A DNA stretch of 63,499 nt, filler included, from Olpidium bornovanus S191 (Eukaryota; Fungi; Olpidiomycota), in NCBI GenBank assembly GCA_017911155.1. It is 26 parts of 26 records of this genome, joined end to end, with 100 filler letters (N's around TTAATTAATTAA, not from the genome) between each part and the next. Parts side by side here need not be neighbours in the genome. Positions count along the whole stretch, not along the records: positions 45,513 to 48,162 come from JAEFCI010004815.1; positions 48,263 to 49,944 come from JAEFCI010007510.1; positions 50,045 to 51,233 come from JAEFCI010000235.1; positions 51,334 to 54,023 come from JAEFCI010001679.1; positions 54,124 to 55,748 come from JAEFCI010004064.1; positions 55,849 to 58,372 come from JAEFCI010010830.1; 20 more parts are not named here. One strand, written 5' to 3'. Each line of letters opens with the position of its first letter. Positions within the stretch are counted from its first letter, which is position 1. Shown here piece by piece: positions 45,513 to 58,472 of the stretch. Position numbers and translations under genes: made by a program. The notes under the pieces were generated by a model, which saw only the letters and a list, made by a program, of their open reading frames with translations, made no database searches and was not told the origin of the DNA.

Positions 45513-46863
45513 AGAAGCAGGCGGAGATGGCGAACGCGGCCACTGCTGCGGACGGCACGGCACCAGTAGTAGACGAGTTTGATTCCAAAGCTGACCGCGT
45601 CGAGGTCTTGTACGAGAGGTGTTTCGTTGCATGTGTGAGTAATGCCGAGGGCGCTTGCCGGATTTGCTGCTCTGCGGGTTTCACTGATTCTTGTGTTGCG
45701 AATGGAACTTGCAGGCCCTTTACGAGGAATATTGGGAAAGATATGCGAAGTACCTTATCGGACAGGGGCGCGTCGACGACGCCTATCGAGTATACGAGCG
45801 CGCGTTGTCTGTGCACATCGGTCCAAAGTGAGTGGGTTAAGGACGCATGAACGTTTTTCCCCTTTATCCAATAACTTGCGGAATGCTGAAGGTTGGGCCC
45901 GGTCCTCTCACGCAGGAAATCAACGTTGCGTCTTGCGTACGCTCTCGTTCTGGAAAAGGATGGGAAGGTGGAGGAAGCACGAGATGTCTACAGGGCGCTG
46001 ATGAAGAACCGTGAGTAACCGCGTAGGTTTGGCGAACGAATAACGCTCGTGCTTACGGTAGATTCCTTCTGCAGTTCCGGGTCACGTTGAATCTGTCACA
46101 AGGTTTGCTCATTTCGAACGGAGACAATCTAAACATCATTACGATGCCGCGGAGGCCGTCATTCGGGAAGCGCTGTCGCTGCCGTCCCTCGACGCTTCGG
46201 GCCGCGGCTTTCTGTACGCGCAACTTGCTAATATTGCTTGGAGGGCAAGTGTTGGATGCGCGTATTTGAGGAAGAGTTGATTTTTTGGTAATTGTCTTCT
46301 GATCTGGTGAGTTACGCTACAGAACCTTTCCAAGGGCGCCGTTCTGGAAGCCAGGAAAATCTTTAAGGAGGGCGTGGAGGTGGTGCCGAATAGCAAGTAC
46401 CTCTGGATCAACTTTCTGAATTTTGAGAAGGCCCAAACAAGTGGGTGTTTTGTCATTGCCAACCATTTTATGGGCTGTTCTGGCAGTCTGGACCCTGACA
46501 AGTCGGATTTGCCCCTGTCACGCAGCCAAGGGTGCCGAAGACCACGTGCAGGAGGTCTACAACCTTATCCGTTCGACTTCGGGTTTCCCCGAAGAGACCC
46601 TCAAGGAGTTCGGGCAACGCAATTTGGACTTCTTGTTGGAACGCGGGGCAACGGCAGCCCATTACCTTGATGTCGAATGCGCCCTCTTCTCGCCGACCGC
46701 TAGGGCTCAGGCGGCGGCGGCGGCTGCTGCTGCTGCTGCCGCCGCCGCGGCGGCGTCGAAGAAACGGGCAGCGGAGGAGGTCGTGGCAGAGTCGGACGGC
46801 GGCGAGGGGAACAAAAGGACTAAGACGGATGAGGAGGCAGGGAACGCCGAAATGTCCCGTCAG
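45513..46863 (+). CDS. PRP39: U1 snRNP HAT-repeat protein Prp39, C-terminal exons
   Basis: EVLYERCFVAC|ALYEEYWERYAKYL..VDDAYRVYERALSVH; ARKIFKEGVEVVPNSKYLWINFLNFE; VYNLIRSTSGFPEETLKEFGQRNLDFLLERG. The final exon boundary is unresolved. Confidence 0.85.
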
Positions 46864-47299
46864 GTGCGTATCAACGTCGTCTGTGATAGGGTTCTCGCCT
46901 TTTTTTGTTTTTTTTTCTCTCGCGTTCCACCTCCCTTTCGACTTCGCCCCCTTTCCATTCGCCCCGGCGATGTGGAAAAGCAGCATAGTAGAAGTGCGTG
47001 GCCACCTCCGTGCCAACGCTTTTTTTGGACACTGCTGCGAGAATATGAAAATTCCTGTTTTCAAGCGGGAATTGGTGCCGAATACATACACCGACCTCCT
47101 CTCCCGTGTGGCGGTTGATTTACGTTCGGTCCACCGCACAACGACGTTCACTTTCTTTCCCTTTCGCGGCACCTCCTTTTCCCTGTCCGTTTCGACTGCG
47201 GCTTACTGACCCCGAGTTTGGTGTTCTCCCCCACCGATGGCTCAGGGCGAGATGGCCGAAGTCGACATGTCCGCAGTCCAGATGGCAGAAACCGAGGTG

Positions 47300-47425
47300 G
47301 CCGAAGGCGAAGCGGCCGGGGGCGAAGCGGCCGGGGGCGAAGCGGCCGGGGGCGAAGCGGTCGAAGGCGAAACCGCCGGAGGCGAAGCGGCCGCAACCGA
47401 AGCGGCCGGGGACGAAGCGGCCGTA
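47300..47425 (+). repeat. 15-bp tandem repeat (GGCGAAGCGGCCGGG; GEAAG) inside an 82-codon acidic ORF (47237-47485)
   Basis: Three near-perfect and several degenerate units. Confidence 0.85.
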
Positions 47426-49794
47426 GCCGATGTGGTCGAAACCGAGGTGGCTGAAGCCGAGGCAGCGGAAGTCGGTACACAGTGAACCCCACGGCTCGTG
47501 ACTGGGAAAAAGCGTGGATCTTGGGAAGACCGTTCCCAGCCGTCTTGCGGGCACGCCCGTTTGGCAAGCCGGCTCTGTGATGTCACCGGTTTTTGGAGGA
47601 CCCTTTCCCCGTGGAAATAGTAGAAAAATATGCAATTTCCATTCTCACGTCCGAAGTGCAGTTTACCCCGATTAACCTGCGCAAGAGTTGAGATTAAGAT
47701 GTTTGTGGAACCCAGGTACGTCAGGCGTAATCAGAACGATTGATATTTCTTGTCTCGTCCACAACGGCGGCGTGTAGAAATCCACTTCATGGTTCAGGAG
47801 GACAAACTTTTGGGGGTGGGGGGGGGGGGGGGAGATCGTATGCACAGCTTTTTCTGGCTTTTGTGATTTCATGAATCTTGCGGAATGTGGTTTTTTTTTC
47901 AATTTTCGTGACAAGAGTTTGTTTGAGAGGGGTGGGGGGGGATGTTTACGTCGTTTCCGACCGTTGCAAAAGAGATCAATCGGGGCGCGATGGTGACAGC
48001 AGCGGTAAACCACTGTGCACCCTTTGGGGGCCGTGCGGCAGTTCATGAATAATCTATATCTCGTAGAATATATCAAGTTCTCCACGAGTTTCGTCAGAAT
48101 CGCCAACGACGGTTCGAACAATAATTCGAAATAGCGGACAAATACGTCCGTCAGTCTTCCGANNNNNNNNNNNNNNNNNNNNNNNNNNNNNNNNNNNNNN
48201 NNNNNNTTAATTAATTAANNNNNNNNNNNNNNNNNNNNNNNNNNNNNNNNNNNNNNNNNNNNCCGGAAAAAAAAAAAATAAAAACAAACGCGCGAGACGC
48301 ACACACCTCTCCCCTCCTTCCCTTCTTTCGCAACCGTCACCATGGCAACCGCGCCGGACGGGTGAGTGGGAAACAGGGCGGCGAGGCGGGGCCACAACGC
48401 GCCATGCTCCTACCCTCGCCCTCCGTCCGGCCTTGCATCCTCCCGTCTTCTCCACGTTCACGACGCCCCTGCAGAGCCAAGCGGCCCGCGCGGCGAGGTC
48501 AACGTCGTTGGGATATCCGTTCGATGAACCCGAAGGAGGCAATCTCTCTGTCTCCACGTTCCGCGGCCGTGAACCACGGCGGCCTTCACCTTGTGCTTTG
48601 ACGCGGGCTCCCGCGGTGACAAAAAGAGCCGAAATGTGACCGGCTGGAGAAAAGTTTGAGACACGCCAGAGAGGACGACAAAAGCCGGAGGACACCAGCG
48701 TTTGGCCGGAAACCCGGCGGTAACGAAAGAACCCCGAGGGTCCGCGAACTTGCGGGGCACGTCGAGTCCCACGTCCCGTCTCGGGAAAATAGAATCTTCC
48801 GCACTAGACGTTTTCTTTCAGAAAAAAAAGAAAACGTATCTAATTAATGGCTCATTATATAATGTATACCATGTTATTAACAATTGGATACATAATTGCT
48901 GCGAACTTTAGAATTTGGAGCCAAGGAAAAAAAGGCCAGTCCGCAGCGAGGGCCGAGCCCTCCAGGCGCCCTTTCCATAAATAATATTCTCGGCTATTCG
49001 GCAGTTGCTTGAACGTAACCAGCCCCCGCGTCCCTGAGAGTGATAACAGAGGACTGTTGACTACTACCCTCCCCTCCCTCTCCCGTGTCGCAATTTGCAA
49101 ACAAACCGTAACCAAGCCCCCGAAGAGAGCGCAGACGATGGCCCAAATGCATTGCACGAGGCAAAATGGGAAGCGGAGTTGAAGGCGGTCTTCTCTACAA
49201 GGCTCTGTGAGGGAGCTGTCTTTCCGCTATCTACTTCTAGTCGGGTTTGATACGGTCTTCCAAGCTAAGCTCCTGGGGGTAAACAGGGGGAGGGAGGGGG
49301 CCCGGCAAAGTACTTCCTGGCGCGAGATGCCCTTCGATTATACCTGAAACCTTTCAATTCTCTTATTGTGTTCAAAGCTTCGCGGATTGCATATATTAAT
49401 AAAGGCTGTGAGTATATATGAGGACGCTTTTTTTACTACGAAACCCCATTTCAAGCCGAAGCCAGTCAAGAATGGAGAAGCGACAAAAACGAGTAGGGAC
49501 AAAAAGAGATGTTCGGCAGCAAAGGGAAAGAATGCACGCCCCTTTCACACCATGGAGGAGCGGCGACAGAGCGAGTTTTCTAAGGCTAAACAGAAAATTT
49601 TCGAACTGCAATGGTGGTGGGTATGTATATGGCTTTTAAGGTAAGTAGGTGACTGCTTCGTAGATCGCCAATAGATCACAGCGCCAGCCAGCGGCGCAAC
49701 GATCGTGACGTTGATTTGGAGTCAGCGCCAGTTGCACAGTTTGCATCAGTGTAGGAGAGAAAGTATGCAGCTCCATCGTTGAAGAACAATACGA

Positions 49795-49944
49795 GATAGG
49801 CAATTTCCTGAGGTTGTGATACACATGCATTTGCTCGAGGGTCACGTTCGGAATCAATTTGTACGCGCAGCCACACGTCGGGCAGCGGATAGGGTCGCTT
49901 TCCTCGCACACCTCGACGACCCTCAACCACATAATAGGATGGGA
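49795..49944 (-). CDS. COX4: Cytochrome c oxidase subunit 5B (fungal Cox4) zinc-binding region, fragment
   Basis: SHPIMWLRVVEV..DPIRCPTCGCAYKLIP matches SH..W..V...RCP.CG..YKL. Confidence 0.62.
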
Positions 49945-50329
49945 NNNNNNNNNNNNNNNNNNNNNNNNNNNNNNNNNNNNNNNNNNNNTTAATTAATTAA
50001 NNNNNNNNNNNNNNNNNNNNNNNNNNNNNNNNNNNNNNNNNNNNGACGCCATTCACTCTTGAGGAATCACCCCAATCCTAGCTCACGGCACCAGAGCAGA
50101 TGGCCAAGCGAATCGGCCTCTTACCAGTTCGACAAGGGCAGAAGCCGGCGTTTCAAAATCACATGGGCGGATGGAGTAACCAGCCGGGAGAATCCAACGA
50201 CGCCACCGCCCGGAGACGGTCGACGCGTACTGAAAATGGTTTTTCTTTTTTGACAACTCCATTTGAAGTTGCCTCAAAGTCACTCCGCCCCGTTGTCGAG
50301 CAAGCACTATCCACATCCGCCGGCGAGGT

Positions 50330-50860
50330 CCGCCTTGAACCGAAGCCGCGAAGCTATCGGAAAGCGACGGATCGTATAGAGACAGCACAGTGGACGCAAG
50401 CGATGCAGTACGAGGTCGACACGTTTGAGAGTTTTCCAGCATGTAAGCTCGTGCCGCAACCGACTCGCAGACGGGTGCTTCACGGGAAATGGGTGTTCAA
50501 GCTGGAGCTGAATCCCAACGGCACCATCAATAAGCACCGGGTGAGGGTCGTGGCCCGAGACTGCACGCAAACCAAAAGGACCTGATTTACCAAGAACCAT
50601 TTTTGCCGGTGGTATCTGCAATGGCGTTCAGGATGGTCGTCGCAATCGCCGGGAGACATTAATGGGTCACACGGCGACAAGACGTTATGCTAGCCCTACC
50701 TGAACGGCGAATTGGAAGAAAAGATCTGCATGGAGCGGCCGGAAGGTTATGATAGGGGGGCCTATGCTTGCCCGCCTTCGACGGGCTTTGTATAGGCTTT
50801 TGGCGAGACGCCATGGTCGTCGTCGGGGTAAACGAGGCGTAGGTTTGCTTTGGTTTGGTG
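50330..50860 (+). mobile_element. Degenerate Ty1/copia reverse transcriptase N-terminal relic
   Basis: EPKPRSYRKA..WTQAMQYE..LVPQP..VLHGKWVFKLELNPNGTINKHRVRVVAR, then (after stops/frameshifts) LNGELEEKICMERPEGY and RRALY. Confidence 0.88.
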
Positions 50861-51180
50861 AGGGGTAAATCACGAATTTACCTGTGGGCTTACCACCCGG
50901 TGGGGGGAGCAATATTCCCCATCTGGGGTAGCCGCACAGCCCACCGGGCAAGTTGTCAAATAGACAAATCGACCAATGGAAGGGCACATCAAAGGGGCGC
51001 ATGGGCGGGTGCGCCGGCGGGCCTCCGGCGGCGCCCAGAGTGCGCAGAAGAGTAAACACGTCGAATGAACACATCGAAGAACGCCAATCAAAAAGCGTAC
51101 ACAAAAGAACGGTCCGGAATGAAGAGGGCCGAGACGGCCGGCGTCAAGACGAATCGCAGCACCACGCGGAAGCGGTCCTT

Positions 51181-51218
<38 letters not shown>

Positions 51219-51334
51219 GCGCGGCCGCCGTGCNNNNNNNNNNNNNNNNNNNNNNNNNNNNNNNNNNNNNNNNNNNNTTAATTAATTAANNNNNNNNNNN
51301 NNNNNNNNNNNNNNNNNNNNNNNNNNNNNNNNNC

Positions 51335-52744
51335 ATGTCGGCTTCGTCGTCCGTCGATGAGCTAAACCAGTTTTTCGATAAGCATTACCCGATGGAAGCT
51401 GCACTGGGGTCCAGCGTGGCTCCTGGGACCGCGTACGTTGACCCGCAGGACGTCTTCAAACCCGACGCCGAAGTTAAGGCGACGCCAGAGGGGGAAGTTC
51501 AGGGGATTGGAGTCTCAGCCAATGGCAAGCCCGCTGCACTGCCCTGTTCACGTGCCAGCGTGTTGGTGGAGGTATACAGCGCGTTGCGCCCTTTAACCGA
51601 CGCGTTCGCCCGTGATGCCGTCACCTCGGGTCCTGCCCAGTTGGCAAGTACTGGGACGGAGGAGCCGATGTCAGACGGCACCTGCCCCAGCAGGTCAATG
51701 GTGCCGCTGCGTTCAGCGCCGTTATCGCCGCCAGCACCTTCAGCATCGGACATTGCGTCTGTTCCGGAGCCAAAGAAGTACATCGCTGCCAAGCGGCAGC
51801 GCCTTCCGAAGTCAAAAGGCAGCGCGGCATCGTCGACGGCCTTGCACCCGCTGGAGCCGGCGGATTCCGCGAATCAGCAGCTGTCGGCCGAAAAACCCGC
51901 CGGGCCCACCTGCAGCAACTGCGCGACCGGGACCACGCCTCTCTGGCGGCGCGACCCCGAGGGCCAGCCGCTTTGCAACGCCTGCGGATTATTCTTCAAA
52001 CTGCACGGCGTGGTCAGACCGCTGAGACTGAAGACCAACGTCATCAGGAAACGTAACCGGGGCGGCGGCGGAGGCTCTGCAAAGCACCCAACCGGGGCGG
52101 CCAACCCGTCCGCGGCCGCCGCCGGCGCGGCAAGCGGAGAACCGGCGCATGCCGCGACTGCTGTCAACGGCGGCGGCTCCGCGAAGCTGCCGACGCGAAC
52201 GGGACCTTCCGGTCGCGACGACGCGGCTCCCGCGGAACGGCGAGGGACCTCGGGGGCCGTCGCGGGGCCGGGCCCCTCGCAACCAGCCACGCCGTCGCTC
52301 TCAGGCCCTCCGGTGTCTTTGCCCGCCACCTCCGCCGCACTGACTGGCCAGCGTCCCAAGCGGCAGCGCCGGTTCTCAACCGAGGCTTCAGCCGCCGTGG
52401 CCGTCGCCGCCGCTCAACAGCAGCAGGAGGAACAACGCCGGCAGCTCCAGCAGCGGCGGCTCTCCGAGCTGCAGCACCAGCAGCAGTGCCACCAGAGGCG
52501 CCAGCAGCAGTGCGACGAGGTACACCAGCACCAGCAGCAGTGCCACCAGAGGCGCCAGCAGCAGTGCGACGAGGTACACCAGCACCAGCGTAACGAGCTG
52601 TTCCTGCAGGAGCAGCGTTTTAAGCAAGAGCACGAACTCCACCACCACCGCCGCCGCCACCACGAACAGCAGCAGCAGATAGATTTGCTGCTGCTGCAGC
52701 AGCACTTTCAAGAAGATCCTTTCGGTTACATCAACTTTTTCTGA
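51335..52744 (+). CDS. GATA zinc-finger transcription factor, AreA/Gat1-type, probably 5'-truncated, Q/H-rich tail
   Basis: [50 protein letters not shown] (CX2CX17CX2C plus basic tail); 2 x 54-bp repeat at 52472-52588. Confidence 0.92.
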   Translation: MSASSSVDELNQFFDKHYPMEAALGSSVAPGTAYVDPQDVFKPDAEVKATPEGEVQGIGVSANGKPAALPCSRASVLVEVYSALRPLTDAFARDAVTSGPAQLASTGTEEPMSDGTCPSRSMVPLRSAPLSPPAPSASDIASVPEPKKYIAAKRQRLPKSKGSAASSTALHPLEPADSANQQLSAEKPAGPTCSNCATGTTPLWRRDPEGQPLCNACGLFFKLHGVVRPLRLKTNVIRKRNRGGGGGSAKHPTGAANPSAAAAGAASGEPAHAATAVNGGGSAKLPTRTGPSGRDDAAPAERRGTSGAVAGPGPSQPATPSLSGPPVSLPATSAALTGQRPKRQRRFSTEASAAVAVAAAQQQQEEQRRQLQQRRLSELQHQQQCHQRRQQQCDEVHQHQQQCHQRRQQQCDEVHQHQRNELFLQEQRFKQEHELHHHRRRHHEQQQQIDLLLLQQHFQEDPFGYINFF

Positions 52745-53006
52745 GGAGAAAAACCAATATCTCCCTTCCCTCCGTTTCCCACCCTCAAAATCTTTCGTTT
52801 GTGGAAATTCGACGCGGTGCCTTCACATCCCCCTTTATTTGCCTTAATCAATTCGTTACCTGAATCTTGTAAATAACGCCCCGTTCATGTTCGCACTCTA
52901 TCTTTTTTTTTTCCCTTGGCGAATCCCAAAAGTGAAGCAGTAGCATTTCAACGAGTAAAGTAAGTTTTCGTTTCATCACAAGGTCCAGCTTCTGGCTTTT
53001 TTTTTT

Positions 53007-53043
<37 letters not shown>

Positions 53044-53048
53044 CCCCC

Positions 53049-53091
<43 letters not shown>

Positions 53092-53605
53092 GGGGGTAAA
53101 ATATTTTCCCCCGCCGTTCTTTTCTTTTCTGGCAATTTCCGGTTTTTTTTTTTTTTTCTTTCCTATAATACACTTGAAACATGTCGAATTCTGAAAAGAG
53201 GAAGAAGAAGAAGAAAAAAAAAAAACGTTTCTGCGTATTCCTGTCAAACGAGGGCGGGGGACGAAAGACGGGGGACTCTTCTTCCCTTCTTAGGGGGGGG
53301 GAGGGGCGAGTGGTGTTCTGAAGAGAGAGAGAGAAAGAGCGCGAAGAGGGGCGAAGTGAAGGAGACGCGGGCGGCGGGGGCCACGTGGGGGAGGGGGGGA
53401 GGGGAAGGAGAACGCGCCGGCGGCTCATCTCCCGGCGCGCTTTCCTTCTTCTCTTCGCCCGCGTCGAGCGCTTGCATACACCCGCGAGCTGACGCGCAGC
53501 CGGGAAACCACCTCCCCCTCTCACCCCACTTCCCCCCTTCCCCCGCCCCCACATCGCACCCCCGTTCCGCCAGCAAAAAAGCGCAAGCCCCGCGAGGTCC
53601 TCCCA

Positions 53606-53739
53606 ATGTCGTTCAGGGAGCTGCGGAGCTTTAACGAGCGGATGCGGGCGCTCGGCTACCCGAGGCTGATCTCGATGGACAGCTTCCGCTCGCCGAACTT
53701 CGACCTCGTCGCCCACATCCTGAACTGGCTGGTGAAAAG
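53606..53739 (+). CDS. CLUAP1: Intraflagellar transport protein IFT38/CLUAP1, first exon
   Basis: [44 protein letters not shown]|gt, near-identical to the CLUAP1 N-terminus [32 protein letters not shown]. Confidence 0.93.
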
Positions 53740-53767
53740 GTGCGGGGGGGCGGGGCCACTCCCTCTC

Positions 53768-53810
<43 letters not shown>

Positions 53811-54123
53811 CTGCGCCTCTCTCCCGCCAACCGTGACTTGGACGGCGCACGCCGCCATACCTCTCCCCCTCCCCCCTCTCCATGCCTCTGCCCCCGCCCG
53901 CCTCCTCGCCGGGGGACCCTCACCTCCGCCGCGCTTTTTTTTTTTTGTTTTTTTTTTTTTCTTTTTTTTCATAACGCCGTCTCGGGGGGGCGTCCTGCCA
54001 AATATCCTGAACTCCGCCGGCTCNNNNNNNNNNNNNNNNNNNNNNNNNNNNNNNNNNNNNNNNNNNNTTAATTAATTAANNNNNNNNNNNNNNNNNNNNN
54101 NNNNNNNNNNNNNNNNNNNNNNN

Positions 54124-55200
54124 CATGGCCTTTGCATAAATTGCAAGATGTTAGAGAAGCCGATTCCCGTTGGAATATGGGCGCCAGAGATAAGAAAAAA
54201 GATACCGGTCCATGCAACGGAGTCTCCGCTTGGCGAAAACGCGATGCCGTGGACCCAGCCCCCGCTTCTGTTCAACCATTCGCCGCAGACAGTATTGAAG
54301 GGGAGCTTCTCACCCCAGCCGGTCGCAGGCGGCCTGTGAATTGTGAATGACGCGAACTACGCATTGTCTAGCCCAGCACGGGCGCAAAAGGGAATCCGCT
54401 CACTTCTCATCAATGCCCTTGATATACGCCGAGAAGACGCAAGCCTAAACTCATGCGACATAAGCACGCGCAGGCGACTCAGACTTTCCAAGCCTCTGTT
54501 TTCGCATCACGCACCTTCTTATCCGCTGCTCCGGCGGCTAGTAGGACGTTGTTAGGGTGCCAGTCGAGTGAGAGGACAGTGGACCGGATGGGTTTCTTGA
54601 TGTGCTTGGAGACCCACCAGTTGTTGTCGGCTTCGAAGTAGCAGACTGAGATGCAGCGCGCGCCGGTCGCAACGGCGAACTTGTCTTCAAACGGAGACCA
54701 GCGCACAAAGGTGGCGGCCCTGTTGATGCGAAGGAGAACCAGCGTCGGCTTCCATTGCCCGCCATCGAACGACCAGACGTAGGCGTTGCGGTCCTGACCG
54801 CAAGTGACGATGCGGTTCTTGTTGGGGGCCCAGTCGATGCCGGTCACCTGCTTGTCGTGCTGCAGACGGTGGCGAGGCAGAGATCATTGGATTAATCCGC
54901 AGAGCAGCAACCAAGTGACTTTTCGCCCGCTGCCGGGCGAGCCGCGCCTCACCTCAACGAGGGTGTGCACGTGGCTCCAGCCGGCCTCAGACTTCTCGAA
55001 GATGTGCACCTCGTTCTCCCAGCCGACGGCAACCTCTGAGAAGAAGCGAGGCAAAAACGGGCGAGAGCGGGTCACGCGAGCTGCAAGCGGGGCACACGGG
55101 CTGGACGGGCCGCGGTGGGATACGTACGTGTGCGGTCCCTGTTGAACGCGTGCGCGGTGATTGGCGTCAAGCCCAGGTGGTAGACTTCGGCGGGCGCCAT
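54124..55200 (-). CDS. ARPC1: Arp2/3 complex subunit ARPC1/Arc40, 5' part
   Basis: [12 protein letters not shown]|QVAV..|[80 protein letters not shown]; [13 protein letters not shown]. Confidence 0.96.
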
Positions 55201-56570
55201 GATGACCCAGGACAGTCGGGGACCGGGACGGGGTGGAGTCGGCGAGTCTGGGCACTCCAGCCGATCACACCCGGCCGGGATTGCCGGTGGGGGGAAAACG
55301 GGACGCGGGCGCGTTGGCAAGGCGCAGAAGCCCTGATGCCGGATATCGCGCGGTGGCGGACTCGGATTGCACCGGGGCCCGGTCACGTTCGTAGTCGGGG
55401 CAGCGCCAATCCGCCACACACTCGCACAGCGGAACAGGCGTCCCACCGCGCACTGCGCAACACCAAAGCCGCCGACCCACCCGCGCCAAGCGTAAGTGCC
55501 GTGTGTGCAGCGCATCTCGTCCTTCACGATTCCATGCAACTCCAAGCATCTGCAAACCAATCAAAGCCACTCCCAAACCTTTCCCTTATTTACCATCTAC
55601 CTCCCGCCACCTAAGAATCTGAATCCACATGGCTAATGTTCTAACGTGATCCATCCAAACTGGCAGGCGATGGACGCAGTGCGTTTCCAATAATCTGGCA
55701 TATCTGAAGAATCTGATTAGTGGGTTTTGGCACGGAATTTGTGGACGCNNNNNNNNNNNNNNNNNNNNNNNNNNNNNNNNNNNNNNNNNNNNTTAATTAA
55801 TTAANNNNNNNNNNNNNNNNNNNNNNNNNNNNNNNNNNNNNNNNNNNNCAAAGGAAGAAAGAGCAAATGTAGGTGTACCACGGGCGTTAGGTCCGCTCGG
55901 TGAGGCGGGGTGTAAAATAAAGCGGTAAAGTAAAGGAGGGGAGGTGAAACGAAGCGTCAGCGCACCATGCGCACCGGCCCCTGTATTGCACTTGCAGAAT
56001 CGGTAGTTCCCCGTCATATAAAACAGGCCCGGAGTAGACGGCGTAGCTACGCCTCGAATACAGTCCTTGCGCTTCCGTCTTCCGTTCGGCCTCCAAAAGT
56101 CAAAACAAGGAGCCCGGCTATTAACACCGGACCGCCCGTACAATTTTGACTGCCAGCCTTCGAAACGGCTTGCGTCGAACCCCACAAAAGATGCGGGTGC
56201 GGGTCCGCCGCGAAGTCGGCCGTATAGCTCACGCTTTTTTTTATTAGTCGGCGTCACAGAAATGTGTTGAAATCAGGTGCAGATGCGGCCGACTGGCGGT
56301 AATCTTGGTCAAGAGGAAAACCCAAGAGCAAAACGAGGGAATCAGGAGTGACAAAAAAAAAACCGACCCAAGGAGAAAAACATAAGGGCAAAAAAAAAGA
56401 ACGCAAAGGAACTTGCACCGAATTCTGCTCGGGCCGTCTCCACGGGGACGCGCCGCGAAAGAAAGTTCGGGCTCACATCTCGGCGAGATGGTACGAAAAA
56501 AAAAAACACAACGCATTTGAAACCGGGGAAAAACGTCCACTCCACTTCTCCTCCACAAAAAACCGAGCGG

Positions 56571-57444
56571 TCAACCCCTGTACCCGAGGACGAGCCGGTC
56601 GGCGACGAGGCCGGTGACGACCGCGTAGACGGCTTTGTGCACGAGGTCGATGATCTGCTCCTGCCAGGGCCACGTCCAGGGCGGCGCACCCACGCCAGTG
56701 GCGTTCTCGAGAGTCTGGTCGACCAGGAGGCGAACGCCCGTGAAGAGGAAGTCGGCGAACGGCCCGCAAACGCCGTTGTAGGCCATGAGGCCGCGGACAG
56801 CGCCGACGACGACTCCCTGCCCCCAGTGCATGGCTGAAAGAAAACCGCCCGGGGGGGGGGAGGCCGGAGCGGGGCGCGCGTCACCCGTCGTGCAAAACAC
56901 CGTGCCTCCGGGACCTGCGCGGAAAGAACCCCCCACGACCCCCACGACCCCGCCCAAAAAGAAAAACAAAAAAAATCCGGAGAAGACCGGGTCCAACCAA
57001 CGGGGGAAGTACCGTGGTTGAGGTAGAGGCGGTTGGCGTCGGTGGGGACGACTCCAATAATGCGCGCCAGGGTGTGGGCAGGCACGTAGGAGTTGGGACG
57101 CCCAGTTATCAGAGTCTGCTCGACCTTGGCGCTGACTGTCATGGCGGCCACGCCGGCCGCTCCCTGTTAGGTGCCGCGCGCCGAACGTGCGTCAGCAGCG
57201 GGCCGCGGGCAGCCTCCCGTGCGTTCGCGCGTCTTTTGCGGACGTAGAACATCCCGCCAACTTCCCGCCCCCCCCCACTCACCGCCGCGAGGCCGTACAG
57301 GGCTGCGTAGCCCAGCCCGACGCGCGTGGCGGGGAGGTTCCCGCCGCCGACGCTGAATATCGAGACCTTGGCGCGGCTGACTGAGTACAGGCCGCTCTCC
57401 GTGGCGGCGGGAGGGGGCCCGGTAAAGTTGTTCGAGGAGGCCAT
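56571..57444 (-). CDS. Conserved uncharacterised membrane protein (exons 57444-57283, 57163-57013, 56833-56571), complete
   Basis: In-frame GT-AG splicing gives AAGVAAMTVSAKVEQTLITGRPNSYVPAHTL..LNH|AMHWGQG..GAVRGLMA..RLLVDQTLENATGVGAPPWTWPWQEQIIDLVHKAVYAVVTG, a motif set I recognise from fungal and actinobacterial hypothetical proteins. Confidence 0.78.
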
Positions 57445-57949
57445 GGCGTCCCGGTCGGTCCCTGTTGTGCTGGTTACGTCGGGCGCTTTGTCCTGTGGGG
57501 TGGTTGGTGTGGCGCCCCGTCCGCGTTTGTTCACTGCGGGCCTGCTTTTCGCTCGCTCCGGAAAAAAAAACTTCCGTCCGTGTTGTCGCCCAAGAAGAGC
57601 GAGAGCACTTGCCGGCGCGACGCCCTCCCCACGCCGGGCGCGCGCCACCCGCAACGTTCGTGGGGCCGCCCAGACCGAACGCGTCGCGAATCCGCAGGCG
57701 GGACCGCGAACAACTGCTTTCTACTACTACGTTTGCTCCCCGTATGCCGGACTTTCGGGAAGAGAGGGGGGGGGGAGACATTGTGCGAAACTACACTAAT
57801 CTCGTCCCGGACACACCGGCAACGGAATGCGGACGCGTGTGCCGGTCGATGTTTGCTTGGAGGTCCCGTATCTGTCAACAGTAGCCGAGAGGCAAAAAAG
57901 GGACACGTCTGTGTTACGGCTTCCCTCAAGTTACTCGATTCCCAATTGC

Positions 57950-58372
57950 TGCTGCAACGACAGGACCAGCGCTTTACCTCTTGTTCGTCGGCGTACGCTA
58001 CGCTCACATCTGGGAAGGTTCTGAGTAAACAAAAGGGAAGAGCGTTGAGAGAATTTCGCGAGCCAGGACACCTTTTCCGCGGAGCCTCAATTACAACCCA
58101 CCGGAACCTCGAGGTGTCTTGCCTTTCCCGCCGTCGCGCGAACTCGTGCTCCCTCTGCAGGCGGTCCCTCTCGAGTGTCATCCGGTCGAAGTCGCGCTGG
58201 AGCTGGTGCTTCTCCCGGACGAGCTCCGCCTCGCGCGCCAGGACCTCTTGGACCTGCCTGGTGGCCACCTGAGCCCGCGACTCGGCGCTCGTCAACAGGG
58301 CGTGCAGACGGCCTTGCGCCTACGGCGGAGAAGATGAGAGTCCGAGTTGTCAGGCTCGCAGTAGTTCCCATG
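57950..58372 (-). CDS. Coiled-coil protein exon(s), unassigned
   Basis: AESRAQVATRQVQEVLAREAELVREKHQLQRDFDRMTLERDRLQREHE shows heptad character; the exon structure is not resolved. Confidence 0.35.
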
Positions 58373-58472
58373 NNNNNNNNNNNNNNNNNNNNNNNNNNNN
58401 NNNNNNNNNNNNNNNNTTAATTAATTAANNNNNNNNNNNNNNNNNNNNNNNNNNNNNNNNNNNNNNNNNNNN

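Noticed and set aside
47672-49400. Candidate exons (GRLTDVFVRYFELLFEP...; MATAPDG|gt at 48341)
   Set aside because: Plausible coding fragments, but they cannot be assigned or joined from sequence alone.
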